From Patescibacteria group bacterium (GTDB lineage Bacteria; Patescibacteriota; Patescibacteriia; GWA2-46-9), in NCBI GenBank assembly GCA_041660005.1, contig JBAZXG010000002.1, positions 122,037 through 186,036 on the forward strand: a stretch of DNA of 64,000 bases. Direction: 5' to 3'. Within the stretch, counting starts at the first letter, position 1. Every line of letters starts with the position of its first letter. Under the pieces are notes generated by a model that was given only the letters and a program-made list of their open reading frames with translations, searched no databases and was not told the DNA's origin. This document shows, piece by piece, positions 39,391 to 49,580 of the stretch. Position numbers and translations under genes: made by a program.

Positions 39391-41082
39391 ATGGCAGAGA
39401 AAAATCCTCAAACAATATTAAACGACGTGTTCGGCTACCAAGCATATCGTCGTGGGCAAGAAGATGTTATCGCGGCTCTACTAGACGGACGTGATGCTCT
39501 GGTCGTTATGCCAACGGGCGCCGGGAAATCACTTTGTTATCAATTGCCGTCATTGCTATTACCCAGCCTTACTATCGTTGTTTCGCCCTTGATTGCACTC
39601 ATGAAAGACCAAGTAGACGATCTTAATCGCCGCGGCATTCGGGCAACATTTATTAACAGTTCACTTTCGGTTAGTGAACTCAAAAAGCGCACCGAAGAAG
39701 TTCTTGCCGGTCAATATAATTTGCTCTATGTCGCCCCAGAGCGGTTTTATGACCAAGCGTTTGTGCAGCAACTACAAGCTCTGAAAGTTTCATTACTGGC
39801 AATTGACGAAGCGCACTGCATTTCTGAGTGGGGCCATGATTTTCGGCCGAGCTATCTGCGGTTGCATATTGTTGCTGAAGCGCTTGGTCGTCCACCGATT
39901 GTCGCGCTGACCGCCACCGCCACCCCTGACGTTCGGGACGATATTATAAAAGCACTGCAGCTTCGGAACCCTTTGGTTATGGTAACGGGTTTTGATCGGC
40001 CAAATTTGACCTACGGCGTCGTTCGCGCCACACCTTCAGAGAAAATAGGAAAAGTATTGGAATTAATTGAGCGTGTACCTGGACCAGCAATTATTTATGC
40101 AGGTACGCGTGATTCTGTTGATACGTTGCGTGAGGTTTTAGAAGTTAATGACATCAACGTGGCCGCATACCATGCGGGCATGGATAAATTAGACCGGGAA
40201 ACCTCGCAGCGGCGATTCATGACTGATGAGGCGCGTGTTATGGTGGCGACCAATGCCTTTGGCCTCGGTATCGACAAGCCGAACATTCGCTTGCTGGTGC
40301 ATTTTGATTTGCCAGGAACACTTGAGGCCTATTACCAAGAAGCTGGACGCGCCGGACGTGACGGTAAGCCAAGTTACGCCGTGCTCTTATATCATCCGTC
40401 CGACCGGTACCTTCGTGAATTTTTTATCGATGGAGAAAATCCGTCGCCGGAACTCATTCGTGAAGTGTACCGTTATTTAACACAACAGGTCGGAGAGGTT
40501 ATTCAGACAACGTACAGCGAAATTCTTGGTGCTATTGCCATGAAAGCGCCGGACCTGGCGGTGAGTACCGCCATGAAGATGCTGGAGCATGCTGGGTATA
40601 TACGACGTCCACGGGAAGGGGAGATTGAAGCGCGATTGCAGCTGTTGCAGCCAGTTGGTGACGTGGACAAAGCGGTTCTACCGCGCGCTAAAGTGCAGCG
40701 TCAAGTTTGGGAGTTACTGCGCGACCGTCACAGGGACGTACTCGAGGCAGGGTTTCGGTTTTCTGCTGAAGATCTTATTCGCAATACCGATGTTTCTCGC
40801 GAAGCTATTGGCCGTTCACTACGCGCACTAAACGACAAAGGACTTTTGGTTTATCAGCCGCCGTTCCGTGGTCAAGAAATACGGTTGCTGAACCGCGTTA
40901 GTCCTGAAGAATTGGCGCTCGACTGGGTGGCGCTCAGAGCAAAACGTCGTCGCAGCGAACAGAAGTTAGCGCTTATGGAAACCTACGCCCACACTTCAAA
41001 TTGTCGCCGATCGTATGTTTTGCGCTACCTGGGTGACAGTGCCGCGCCCGAAACTTGTGCCGCTTGTGACAACTGTCTTTAA
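39391..41082 (+). CDS. recQ: ATP-dependent DNA helicase RecQ
   Basis: Q-motif, PTGAGKSLCYQLP, DEAH (AIDEAHCISEWGHDFR), RQC zinc domain (CRRSYVLRYLGD...CDNC). Confidence 0.9.
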   Translation: MAEKNPQTILNDVFGYQAYRRGQEDVIAALLDGRDALVVMPTGAGKSLCYQLPSLLLPSLTIVVSPLIALMKDQVDDLNRRGIRATFINSSLSVSELKKRTEEVLAGQYNLLYVAPERFYDQAFVQQLQALKVSLLAIDEAHCISEWGHDFRPSYLRLHIVAEALGRPPIVALTATATPDVRDDIIKALQLRNPLVMVTGFDRPNLTYGVVRATPSEKIGKVLELIERVPGPAIIYAGTRDSVDTLREVLEVNDINVAAYHAGMDKLDRETSQRRFMTDEARVMVATNAFGLGIDKPNIRLLVHFDLPGTLEAYYQEAGRAGRDGKPSYAVLLYHPSDRYLREFFIDGENPSPELIREVYRYLTQQVGEVIQTTYSEILGAIAMKAPDLAVSTAMKMLEHAGYIRRPREGEIEARLQLLQPVGDVDKAVLPRAKVQRQVWELLRDRHRDVLEAGFRFSAEDLIRNTDVSREAIGRSLRALNDKGLLVYQPPFRGQEIRLLNRVSPEELALDWVALRAKRRRSEQKLALMETYAHTSNCRRSYVLRYLGDSAAPETCAACDNCL

Positions 41083-41087
41083 ACGTT

Positions 41088-41981
41088 ATGCATATTATTA
41101 ACGGAAGAAAAGTAGCAAAAGAAATAACTGGTCTTATTCGTCAGCGGCTCTCTCAAATGCCCGAACCTTTGTCATTTCATTGTTTGTTGGTTGGGGACGA
41201 TCCTGCGTCGCATCTTTATGTTCGGCGTAAAGAAAAAATGGCGCGTAGTTTAGGCATAACTTTTACCTTGCACCATCTTCCGGCCGATGCGTCAGTGGAG
41301 TCTATAATTAAAAAAACGAATGAGCTGAATCAACTGCAGCATGGTTACATTATTCAGCTGCCCTTGCCGCCGGCATTACGCCCTGAAACCAATGATCTCT
41401 TGCAACATATCGATCCTGCCAAGGATGCTGACGGTCTTACAGAGATTAACCGAAATCGATTTTTAGAGGATCTACCCGGTGCGTTTTTACCAACACCAGT
41501 CGCCGCAGTCATGGCTCTGGTTTGCTCCCTCGAAGATAGTGATTATTCGTACCTGCCATTTATGAAGGACGCTGCTCTTGCCGTCGTTCCTGAAATGCTG
41601 CAGCAAAAGAAAGCAGTTATTATATCGGACGGAGACGTGTTTGGCCCGACGCTCGCCGTGGCGCTCGAGCGTGCGGGTATGAGCCCGAGCGTTGTTAGAA
41701 GCGATAGTCCTACTTGTGCCGAAGCAACTGTTATAGCGGATCTCGTGGTGAGCGCTGTTGGGAAACCCGGCTTAATTAACGGAGCGATGGTGCAGATGGG
41801 TGCGGTTATTATTGATGTCGGTACAACACTCGTTCAAGGACACACCGTTGGTGATGTTGATTGGCAAAGTATTTCCAACAAAGCGTATGCGGCAACTCCA
41901 GTGCCTGGCGGCGTTGGACCGGTAACAGTAGCGATGTTGTATGCGAACCTTCTCTATCTTGCTACTAGAAAGAGTGCTTAG
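41088..41981 (+). CDS. folD: bifunctional methylenetetrahydrofolate dehydrogenase / methenyl-THF cyclohydrolase
   Basis: IINGRKVAKEI..., YVRRKEK, TPVPGGVGPVTVAML. Confidence 0.9.
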   Translation: MHIINGRKVAKEITGLIRQRLSQMPEPLSFHCLLVGDDPASHLYVRRKEKMARSLGITFTLHHLPADASVESIIKKTNELNQLQHGYIIQLPLPPALRPETNDLLQHIDPAKDADGLTEINRNRFLEDLPGAFLPTPVAAVMALVCSLEDSDYSYLPFMKDAALAVVPEMLQQKKAVIISDGDVFGPTLAVALERAGMSPSVVRSDSPTCAEATVIADLVVSAVGKPGLINGAMVQMGAVIIDVGTTLVQGHTVGDVDWQSISNKAYAATPVPGGVGPVTVAMLYANLLYLATRKSA

Positions 41982-43309
41982 CTGATTGCAAGTTCTGGGT
42001 AGAGGGGGTGTGCAGCGGTAAGTTCTTTCACTACTTTTCGTGCATCATTTTTTACCGTGTCGGATTCGGGGTTCTGCAATACCGTGGCAATTATTTTTCC
42101 AATGCGCCGCATATCGTCTTCGGTAAAGCCGCGAGTGGTTAGAGCTGGCGTACCTAGACGAATACCTGATGGATCCATTGGTTTTCTTTGATCGAAAGGA
42201 ATCATGTTTTTATTCACCGTTATGCCAACCTCATCGAGAAGTGTTTCGGCGACTTTTCCTGAAGTCGAAGTGTTAGCAAGATTAACGAGGATGAGGTGGT
42301 TATCCGTGCCGCCGGTGACGAGCGTCAGTCCGGCTTCGGTGAGTGACTCAGCGAGCGCCTTAGCATTTTTGACGATACAGTGGCCGTAGTCGATAAATGT
42401 TTTTTCTTGCGCCTCTTTTAGGGCGACCGCAATTGCTGCCGTTTGGTGATTATGTGGTCCTCCTTGGAGGCCGGGAATGATCGCTGCATCAATAAGGCCG
42501 GCCAAATCTCGCTTGGTGTTGCTGTGGTACAGGTCGTGGAAGCGGTCGGCAACTTTCGGTACAAGAATCATTGCCCCGCGCGGACCACGTAGCGTTTTGT
42601 GCGTCGTCGTCATTACGATGTCAGCATAAGGCACCGGGCTTTGATGGTCACCCGAAATAATAAGGCCGGTAATGTGTGAAATATCAGCCAAGAGGTAAGC
42701 GTTCACTTCGTCAGCAATACTACGAAAGGCAGCAAAGTCAAAAGCTCTTGGGTAAGCCGTTGCGCCACAGATGATGAGTTTGGGGTTTTCTTTTTTTGCA
42801 ATGGCGCGGATAGCATCGTAGTCTAAACGCTCTGTAGTTTTATCGACGCCGTAGCCGACTGATTTATAAAATTTTCCAGAAAAGTTAAGCGAGTAGCCGT
42901 GTGTGAGGTGCCCACCCTGAGCGAGTTCCATCCCGAGTACGGTGTCTCCGGGGTTTAGAAGCGCAAAGTAGACTGCTTGATTTGCCGGAGATCCTGAGTA
43001 GGGTTGCACGTTGGCGTGTTCAACGCCGAAGAGTTCTTTGGCGCGCGCTCGACAAAGCTCTTCAATTTGATCGATGTACTGATTGCCGCCATAGTAACGT
43101 CTGCCGGGGTAGCCCTCCGAGTACTTGTTGGTGAGTACTGAACCCAATGCTTCCATGACGGCAAGAGAGGTAAAGTTTTCGGAAGGTATCATTTCAAGGC
43201 CAGTGCGCTGGCGATTGAGTTCGTCAAAAATTAGGCTCGAAAGCGTAGGGTCCGTTGTCATCAGGTTTTTCATATAGTTCATCCTAGACGCCGTTTGCAG
43301 TACTGTCAA
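41978..43309 (-). CDS. glyA: serine hydroxymethyltransferase
   Basis: MIPSENFTS, TTHKTLRGPRG PLP lysine motif. Confidence 0.92.
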   Translation of the reverse strand: MTVLQTASRMNYMKNLMTTDPTLSSLIFDELNRQRTGLEMIPSENFTSLAVMEALGSVLTNKYSEGYPGRRYYGGNQYIDQIEELCRARAKELFGVEHANVQPYSGSPANQAVYFALLNPGDTVLGMELAQGGHLTHGYSLNFSGKFYKSVGYGVDKTTERLDYDAIRAIAKKENPKLIICGATAYPRAFDFAAFRSIADEVNAYLLADISHITGLIISGDHQSPVPYADIVMTTTHKTLRGPRGAMILVPKVADRFHDLYHSNTKRDLAGLIDAAIIPGLQGGPHNHQTAAIAVALKEAQEKTFIDYGHCIVKNAKALAESLTEAGLTLVTGGTDNHLILVNLANTSTSGKVAETLLDEVGITVNKNMIPFDQRKPMDPSGIRLGTPALTTRGFTEDDMRRIGKIIATVLQNPESDTVKNDARKVVKELTAAHPLYPELAIS

Positions 43310-43452
43310 AACAGTTCTTGGTTAGTTGCTTTCACTAACAAAGAGACTACGCCGCACGTTTCTAGCCAAGGGTTGCTTCATCGCTTTCTAACAGGTACAC
43401 TTGCTTTATTATTGCCAGTCGTTGACTGGCCCATTTTTTCAAGGGGTAACCA

Positions 43453-44841
43453 ATGAACCCAAGCATATTTCGGGAATACGATATTCGCGGGCTGGTTGAT
43501 AAAGACCTGACCCCTGAGGTGGTGCGCGACATTAGTCGAGCCTACGCAACCTATATGCAACGACGTGGTTTTGACACGGCCATTGTTGCGCGTGATAGTC
43601 GCGATTACAACGCGACCATTCAGAAGCAAACAGTTGTTGCGCTCAGAGAAGCTGGCATGAATGTGGTTGATATTGGCGTTGTGACCGTTCCAGTTTTTTA
43701 CTTTGCTCAACTGTTTTTGAAGATCACCGCTGGGGTAATGGTAACCGCCTCACACAACCCAGTTGGTTGGAGCGGTTTCAAGCAGCTTGTGGGTACGTTG
43801 CAGACTGCAACATCGGCAGAGTTAGCCGACGTGAAGTCACTTATCGAAAAGAAAGATTTCTTGAGTGGTGCGGGCACTTATGAAGAGCGTGGCGGTGTGG
43901 TCGCTGCTTATAGTAAAGACGCACTTTCTCGCGTTACCATCAAGCGACCCTTACGAGTGGTGGTTGACTGTGGTAATGAAACCGGTAGCTTAATTAATCC
44001 CGATATTTTACGGTCGGCGGGGCTTACGGTTATAGAGCAAGACACGGAGGTCGGGAAACCAGCGCCGCATGAACCAAATCCTTCAACTCTTGAAGCACTT
44101 GAGCATATACGTGAAGGCGTGCTTGCCAATCATGCGGATATTGGGATTGGCTACGATGCTGACGGTGACCGTTTTGGCGTTGTCGATGATCAGGGGGAAA
44201 TTATTTGGCCCGATCGCGTGGCCATGGTACTGGTGCGTAAAATTTTAAAGGACAACCCCGGGAGTTCGGTTGTCTTCGATGTAAAATGTACTCAGGCGCT
44301 TATCGATGAGATCGTAAAAGACGGAGGGACTCCGGTGATGTGGAAAACAGGCCATTCTTGGATTCGTCGAAAAGGCCAAGAAGTTGATGCCGCTTTTGCG
44401 GCGGAACGCAGTGGGCATTTTTATTTCCGTCGTGGGCATTGGGGGTATGATGATGGACTGTTTGTGACACTGAAGTTATTAGAAATTATTGCCGCTCAAG
44501 AGAAACCACTGCATGAGTTTATGGCTGATTTTCCACAGTACGAAACATCGCCAGTGTGGCATGCGCCATGCGCGGATGAAGTAAAGTATGCTGTTGTTGA
44601 ACGGTTGACGAAAGCGTGTAAAGAAGAATATGGCGAAGACAAAGTCATTGACGTAAATGGTGCGCGCGTGCAATTTGATGACGGATGGGGGCTGGTGCGG
44701 GCTTCGTCAAACATTCCTGCACTGGTGCTGGTGTTTGAAGGAAAAACACCCGAGGCACTTGAGAGAATTAGTAAACTTTTTGAAGCCATGCTTGGACGCT
44801 ACCCTGAAATCGCTACGCGCGACCGATGGGAAAGTGGCTAA
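43453..44841 (+). CDS. phosphoglucomutase/phosphomannomutase family protein
   Basis: Active-site TASHNP, metal-binding DADGDR, sugar-binding GESGH-like (ERSGHF). Confidence 0.85.
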   Translation: MNPSIFREYDIRGLVDKDLTPEVVRDISRAYATYMQRRGFDTAIVARDSRDYNATIQKQTVVALREAGMNVVDIGVVTVPVFYFAQLFLKITAGVMVTASHNPVGWSGFKQLVGTLQTATSAELADVKSLIEKKDFLSGAGTYEERGGVVAAYSKDALSRVTIKRPLRVVVDCGNETGSLINPDILRSAGLTVIEQDTEVGKPAPHEPNPSTLEALEHIREGVLANHADIGIGYDADGDRFGVVDDQGEIIWPDRVAMVLVRKILKDNPGSSVVFDVKCTQALIDEIVKDGGTPVMWKTGHSWIRRKGQEVDAAFAAERSGHFYFRRGHWGYDDGLFVTLKLLEIIAAQEKPLHEFMADFPQYETSPVWHAPCADEVKYAVVERLTKACKEEYGEDKVIDVNGARVQFDDGWGLVRASSNIPALVLVFEGKTPEALERISKLFEAMLGRYPEIATRDRWESG

Positions 44842-44859
44842 ATAGGGTAATGTAATATT

Positions 44860-45621
44860 ATGGCAACAACAGAACCAACATTAGAACAAATTTATTTCAT
44901 CGTACTGCCGCTCATTCGCCGAGCCGGGCAGATGCTGGTGGCGCGTCAGCGTGAGCTGTGGGGGAAGAGCGATAAGGAGCGGCACACACGTGGTCAAGAG
45001 ATCGAACAGGAGATTCGCGACTTTCTCGTCTCCACTTTGCAGCTGCTTTTCCCGAACTACGGCGTTCACGGTAAACAAGGGTCAGTGCCGCAGACTTGGC
45101 AGTGGGTAGTAACCCCACTAGACGGTAGCCGCTATTATTTCCGCGGGTTACCACTCTATACCACAGCTATTGCACTTCGGGATAAAGGTGAAATAGTTCT
45201 TGGCATCATTTATCAGCCAGTTACGGGCAATGTTTTTCATGCCTTAAAGGGCGGCGGTGCTTTTATGAATACGCATGCAATAACTGTTTCGAATCAAAAA
45301 GAGTGGGTTGGTACTTCAGCCTATGTTCCTGCCAGTAAACACTTGTTGATTGCCAATAAAGCCGGAGCGGATTGCCACAACCTTGGCGTAACGTCACTGG
45401 GGCTCTGTTATCTGGCGGCCGGTGTTTACGACGTTCTTTTGGTGCCCATTGATATGGCCGGCCTCTTTAGCCAAGCTGCGGGGCTCATTATTGCTCGTGA
45501 AGCAGGAGCAAAGCTAAGCGATGTTTCGGGCGGGGCGCTCGGGGGCGGCGGTAAACTCGATACGCTTCTTGCCGCCACACCAGGGTTGCAAAAAAAGGCA
45601 GTGCAAATTTTTAATAAGTAA
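44860..45621 (+). CDS. inositol monophosphatase family protein
   Basis: WVVTPLDGSRYY (DPLDGT-type) and IMPase fold. Confidence 0.75.
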   Translation: MATTEPTLEQIYFIVLPLIRRAGQMLVARQRELWGKSDKERHTRGQEIEQEIRDFLVSTLQLLFPNYGVHGKQGSVPQTWQWVVTPLDGSRYYFRGLPLYTTAIALRDKGEIVLGIIYQPVTGNVFHALKGGGAFMNTHAITVSNQKEWVGTSAYVPASKHLLIANKAGADCHNLGVTSLGLCYLAAGVYDVLLVPIDMAGLFSQAAGLIIAREAGAKLSDVSGGALGGGGKLDTLLAATPGLQKKAVQIFNK

Positions 45622-45628
45622 TGATTGT

Positions 45629-46423
45629 ATGATTGGCGTCTTCGACTCCGGAGTCGGAGGGCTTACGGTTCTTAAAGAAATTCATAAAGAGCTGCCGGGG
45701 TACGACACGATTTATTTTGGCGACTCGGCCCGTTACCCCTATGGTAACTTGAGTGATGCTGTACTGAAGCAGTATGCAACTGAGGATGCTCAATTTTTGG
45801 TTTCTAAAGGAGCCAAAGTTATTGTCGTTGCCTGTAACAGCGCATCGGTTGCGGCGGGAGATTTGCTTCGTACAAATTTGTCAGTGCCCGTGTTTGATGT
45901 TTCGCGTGCGCCAATAGAAAAAGCACTTCAAGTAACGAAGAATAAAAAAATTGCCGTTATCGGTACGCGCGCCACAATTGCCAGCCATAGACATGAACAA
46001 TTGTTAACCGAAGAGGATAGCTCGGTGAAGGTTTTTGCCGTGGCGACGCCACTGCTTGTTCCGCTTGTTGAGGAGCGTGCCTGGCGCTACCCGGAAGCCA
46101 TGCGCATTCTGCGTCGCTATTTGCGGCCGTTGAAAGACGCTCAAGTTGATACGCTCATCTTGGGGTGTACACACTATCCGCTTATTGAAAAACAGATTCA
46201 GCGCATTATGGGAAAGCGTGTGCATATTGTGAGTTCTGGTCGTGCCACCGCTGAAGCATTGAGGACTTATTTAGAAAACAATCAAGAGAGAGCAGTGGCG
46301 GTAAGTCAAAAAGGGCAGGAATATTATTTTGTAAGCGGGGACGTTCAGCAGTTTAAGCAGACTGCAGCCGAGTGGCTCGGTAAAAAAATTACTGCGACCT
46401 CAGCCGCGGCGCTGAATGTCTAA
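45629..46423 (+). CDS. murI: glutamate racemase
   Basis: IGVFDSGVGGLTV, ACNSAS, GCTHYP motifs; start at MIGVFDSG. Confidence 0.85.
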   Translation: MIGVFDSGVGGLTVLKEIHKELPGYDTIYFGDSARYPYGNLSDAVLKQYATEDAQFLVSKGAKVIVVACNSASVAAGDLLRTNLSVPVFDVSRAPIEKALQVTKNKKIAVIGTRATIASHRHEQLLTEEDSSVKVFAVATPLLVPLVEERAWRYPEAMRILRRYLRPLKDAQVDTLILGCTHYPLIEKQIQRIMGKRVHIVSSGRATAEALRTYLENNQERAVAVSQKGQEYYFVSGDVQQFKQTAAEWLGKKITATSAAALNV

Positions 46424-47807
46424 AGAAAACGTTATGTCGTGGCAAGGAAAACAGGTCGCCATCATTGGCTTTGGCATAGAAGGAGAAGCGGCTCTTGATT
46501 ATCTTATTAAAAATGGTGCCAAGGTTACTGTTTGCGACAAGATCGACGAGGCGGCTTTAGGAGATCGTTATACGCGCTCACGCGAAAAAGTTGAAGCGTG
46601 GCAGTTAGGCGCCGATTACCTCCATAAACTAAAAGAAGTTGATGCAGTTTTTCGAAGTCCTGGTACTCCTTTTTACAGCGTAGAAATTCAGGAAGCGCTC
46701 AAGAGTGGCGTTCAAATTACGAGCGGCACCAAAGAGTTTTTTCAAAATTGTCCGGCGCGCATTGTCGGTGTAACCGGCACCAAAGGCAAAGGGACAACCG
46801 CAACGCTCATTTATGAGATGCTCAAAGCCGCCGGTCAGCGAGCGTATCTCGTTGGTAATATTGGCAAACCAGCGCTATCTGTGTTGCCTGAACTTACCAA
46901 AGAGGACATTGTGGTGTTTGAGCTTTCTAGTTTTCAGCTGCAGGACCTTGATTCCTCGCCCTCAATCGCCGTTGTTCTTGGGGTAACGGTTGACCACCAA
47001 GATCATCATGCTTCGGTTGAAGAGTACGAAGAGTCCAAGAGTGCAATTGTCCGTTTTCAAAAGGAAGAAGATGTTACAATTACCAACATCGATTATCCGG
47101 CAAGTGAACGCATTGCCGCCGAGACAAAAGGGAGACTCGTGCCCGTGAGTACTGCTCGCCAGCTTGAGTATGGAGTGTATGTTGCTGATGGAAACATCAT
47201 GCAAAATATTGGAGGCAGCCCCATCAGTATTGTCGCTTTAAACGAAATAGGGCTGCGTGGTGCATTCAACGCTGAGAATGTGGTTGCGGCTGTGGCAGCC
47301 GGGAGCGTTTTAGGAATTGAAGAAGAAACAATTGCGGCGGTGCTTAGGATCTTCACCGGGTTGCCGCATCGCTTAGAATTTGTGCGAGACGTACGAGGTG
47401 TCATGTATTGGGATAATTCTTATGCCACAACCCCCGAGACAACGGTTGCAGCCATTCAATCCTTTAAGGAGCCGATCGTGCTTTTACTTGGTGGCTACGA
47501 AAAAGGATTTAATTATCGTGCACTTGCTGACGGCGTTGTGGCCAGTTCAGTGAAAGCTATTGTTGGCATTGGCAAGAACGCACCGCAAATGTATGAAGCA
47601 GTACAAGTTGCAGCTAGTAAGGCTGGTAAATCTGCGCCGCAGTATATTGAAGGAGGAGAAACGATGTCGAGTATGATTAGTGCTGCAAATAGCGTAGCGG
47701 TTTCGGAAGACGTCGTGTTGCTGTCTCCGGCTGCCGCCAGTTTTGATAAGTTTAAAAATGTAACTGACCGAGGAGAGCAATTCAAAAAAGTAGTAGAGAG
47801 TCTATAA
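46416..47807 (+). CDS. murD: UDP-N-acetylmuramoylalanine--D-glutamate ligase
   Basis: GVTGTKGKGTTATLI P-loop, Mur ligase middle and C domains. Confidence 0.9.
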   Translation: MSKENVMSWQGKQVAIIGFGIEGEAALDYLIKNGAKVTVCDKIDEAALGDRYTRSREKVEAWQLGADYLHKLKEVDAVFRSPGTPFYSVEIQEALKSGVQITSGTKEFFQNCPARIVGVTGTKGKGTTATLIYEMLKAAGQRAYLVGNIGKPALSVLPELTKEDIVVFELSSFQLQDLDSSPSIAVVLGVTVDHQDHHASVEEYEESKSAIVRFQKEEDVTITNIDYPASERIAAETKGRLVPVSTARQLEYGVYVADGNIMQNIGGSPISIVALNEIGLRGAFNAENVVAAVAAGSVLGIEEETIAAVLRIFTGLPHRLEFVRDVRGVMYWDNSYATTPETTVAAIQSFKEPIVLLLGGYEKGFNYRALADGVVASSVKAIVGIGKNAPQMYEAVQVAASKAGKSAPQYIEGGETMSSMISAANSVAVSEDVVLLSPAAASFDKFKNVTDRGEQFKKVVESL

Positions 47808-47899
47808 ATGGTATTAACCCCATAGAAAGTCCCGGAGCATTTTATCTGCCACCGAGCGAACTGAAAAAGGGAGTGCGACAGAGCTACGTAAGTATCAAA

Positions 47900-47935
47900 T
47901 TACACCATTTTGTGCGTACGCACAAAATGGTGTAA
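47900..47935. repeat. 36-bp perfect palindrome P, copy 2
   Basis: Identical to 34901..34936. Confidence 0.9.
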
Positions 47936-47962
47936 AAAACATAATAAGTGATATTTAACCCT

Positions 47963-48054
47963 TTATTTTTGCCAATACCTCGTCGGCTTGCCGCGAGGTT
48001 ACCATATACTGAGGCAAAAATATCCCTCGTAGCTTTAGCGAAGTGGGATTACCT
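47963..48054. repeat. R2 structured element, copy 3
   Basis: ctttatttttgccaatacctcgtcggcttgccgcgaggttaccatatactgaggcaaaaatatccctcgtagctttagcgaagtgggattacct. Confidence 0.85.
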
Positions 48055-48133
48055 ATGTATACCCCGTCCCCTTTAGGGCGGGGTAATTGACTTGCCTGCG
48101 TCGGCTCGAAGACCCGGCAGTAAAGTTTTGATC

Positions 48134-48165
48134 CCCCGGACGCGCATTGTGTGGCGCGTCCGGGG
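48134..48165. other. GC-rich hairpin ccccggacgcgc-attgtgtg-gcgcgtccgggg (member of a CCCCGRRCGCGC...GCGCGYYCGGGG hairpin family downstream of small minus-strand genes)
   Basis: 12-bp perfect stem; no clear U-tract. Confidence 0.5.
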
Positions 48166-48198
48166 TATCGGGTTCGTAGCGTTGTCGCAGGAGAAGAG

Positions 48199-48333
48199 TT
48201 ATGTGTCCTCTTCAAACAAATCGGGTTTGAACATGCCGAACAGCTCTTCTTGCAGCCAATCAGGCAACCAAACGACGATTAGCACGACACCTGCGATGAT
48301 TACGAAAGCTACAACTGCCTTGAGTCTGCCCAT
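48199..48333 (-). CDS. small membrane peptide (44 aa) MGRLKAVVAFVIIAGVVLIVVWLPDWLQEELFGMFKPDLFEEDT
   Basis: Hand-translated; RBS ggagga 7 nt upstream; one TM helix; below the 60-aa ORF-track cutoff. Confidence 0.5.
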   Translation of the reverse strand: MGRLKAVVAFVIIAGVVLIVVWLPDWLQEELFGMFKPDLFEEDT

Positions 48334-48430
48334 GGTGATCCTCCGGCAAGACGTTTTTTGTTGTTACGGATGGCGCTAGTTTACACTCATGAATAACGCG
48401 GTCAAGTAAGTTTGTTTATAAAATTTTGAA

Positions 48431-48465
48431 CCCCGAGCGCGCTTGTGCATAACGCGCGCTCGGGG
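48431..48465 (-). terminator. rho-independent terminator for the small-peptide operon (ccccgagcgcgc-loop-gcgcgctcgggg, then U-run on minus strand)
   Basis: 12-bp GC stem followed on the minus strand by ttcaaaattt. Confidence 0.65.
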
Positions 48466-48477
48466 TTCGGGTTGTAC

Positions 48478-48600
48478 CTACACTCGCCAGTAGAAGTAAG
48501 TGTAGGTAACTAGAACGGCGAGGGCTCCGAAAATCCAGCGAAGCTGGACCAATTCGCTGTGGTTTTTCGGATCCCTCCAATAGGCAATGAATTCCCTCAT
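48478..48600 (-). CDS. small membrane peptide (40 aa) MREFIAYWRDPKNHSELVQLRWIFGALAVLVTYTYFYWRV
   Basis: Hand-translated; RBS gggagg upstream; immediately followed by terminator hairpin. Confidence 0.5.
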   Translation of the reverse strand: MREFIAYWRDPKNHSELVQLRWIFGALAVLVTYTYFYWRV

Positions 48601-48636
48601 AGCATGCTTCCTCCCTCTCAAGAGTATCTACGCGTG

Positions 48637-48780
48637 CTAGTCCGCGCGGATTCTTGATACCCATTCATTCAGGAGCCATATCCCGTCGTATACAGCAAAC
48701 AGCAGAAGTACGCCGAGTATTACGAGTTCAGGAGTAATACTCGGTTGGTCGTTATGCGTGGAATCGTCGGTCGGTCTCAT
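48637..48780 (-). CDS. small membrane peptide (47 aa) MRPTDDSTHNDQPSITPELVILGVLLLFAVYDGIWLLNEWVSRIRAD
   Basis: Hand-translated; RBS ggaggg upstream; one TM helix; apparently co-transcribed with the 48478..48600 peptide. Confidence 0.5.
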   Translation of the reverse strand: MRPTDDSTHNDQPSITPELVILGVLLLFAVYDGIWLLNEWVSRIRAD

Positions 48781-48860
48781 GCAGTCCCTCCTGGTTTTTT
48801 GCACTGCTGCAGATTAAAATTAGTTTAACGTTATTAAAGACAAAATCAAGTTCAAATTGT

Positions 48861-49290
48861 CCACTTTCTTACTTGTCTAAGAAAGTGGACGGAAAGAATG
48901 ACACCCTGAGGACTCGGCTGTGGGCTTGCTTCATACAGCAGACTGCTGACCATGAACTCGTCATCCGCCCCATAGCGGATTCCTCAAACAGCATGGTCAC
49001 TAAGTGCAGTCTGCTTCCCTCGCAAGCTTTGACGCCGATCCTAAGGGATTTTGCACTCTGCTCTGCCAAACCCCTGGTGTCCGGTCGTGGCAATGAGGAC
49101 GAAGACAGGACGAAAGAAAACAAGAGCATGTGTGAGATGAACCACAAGGTGAGGCGAGTTTGCTCTTGTTCGTCCTGCTGAGGAAGGAATGCCCGACCGG
49201 AGCACCCGGGGCGGGCTTCTTTGGGTACTTTCTTGCCCGCACAAGAAAGTACCAACTAGTCGCGAGGGCACAGCCCGAGGACGTTATGAG
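48861..49290. repeat. R1 composite structured element, copy C
   Basis: hairpin ccactttctta-cttgtc-taagaaagtgg; cctgaggactcggctgtgggcttgcttc; gaccatgaactcgtc...caaacagcatggtca; gacgccgatcctaaggg; hairpin gtactttcttg-cccgca-caagaaagtac; cagcccgaggacgttatg. Confidence 0.8.
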
Positions 49291-49341
49291 TTAAAGAAAA
49301 AGAAATGAAAAATCAAATTAAAAACAGCTGTAAATTTATAT

Positions 49342-49375
49342 CCCCGGGCGCGCACTCTATAGCACGCGTCCGGGG
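49342..49375 (-). terminator. terminator-like GC hairpin downstream of the Flp pilin gene (ccccgggcgcgc...cgcgtccgggg) with AT-rich tail on the minus strand
   Basis: Same hairpin family as 48134..48165 and 48431..48465. Confidence 0.5.
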
Positions 49376-49427
49376 CGGGTCGGGTGGCGAAGTCCGCCAG
49401 CTGGCGGATTCTCCGCCGGCTGCGAGC

Positions 49428-49580
49428 TCAGTTGGTCGTCGGAACGACCGGTGCCAGTTGCTGCGAACCGACGACGCTCATGGCCACGATGGCCGCGATC
49501 GAAATCAGTGCGGCGAGCAGAGCGTACTCAGCGACCGTCGCCGCGGTCTCGTCTTTCAAGAAAGCAACAAAACGTTCCAT
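49428..49580 (-). CDS. Flp/Fap-family type IVb (Tad) pilin (50 aa) MERFVAFLKDETAATVAEYALLAALISIAAIVAMSVVGSQQLAPVVPTTN
   Basis: Hand-translated. Characteristic Flp motif FLKDE..A.EYALLAALI followed by a hydrophobic helix; RBS gaggga upstream; GC-rich. Confidence 0.65.
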   Translation of the reverse strand: MERFVAFLKDETAATVAEYALLAALISIAAIVAMSVVGSQQLAPVVPTTN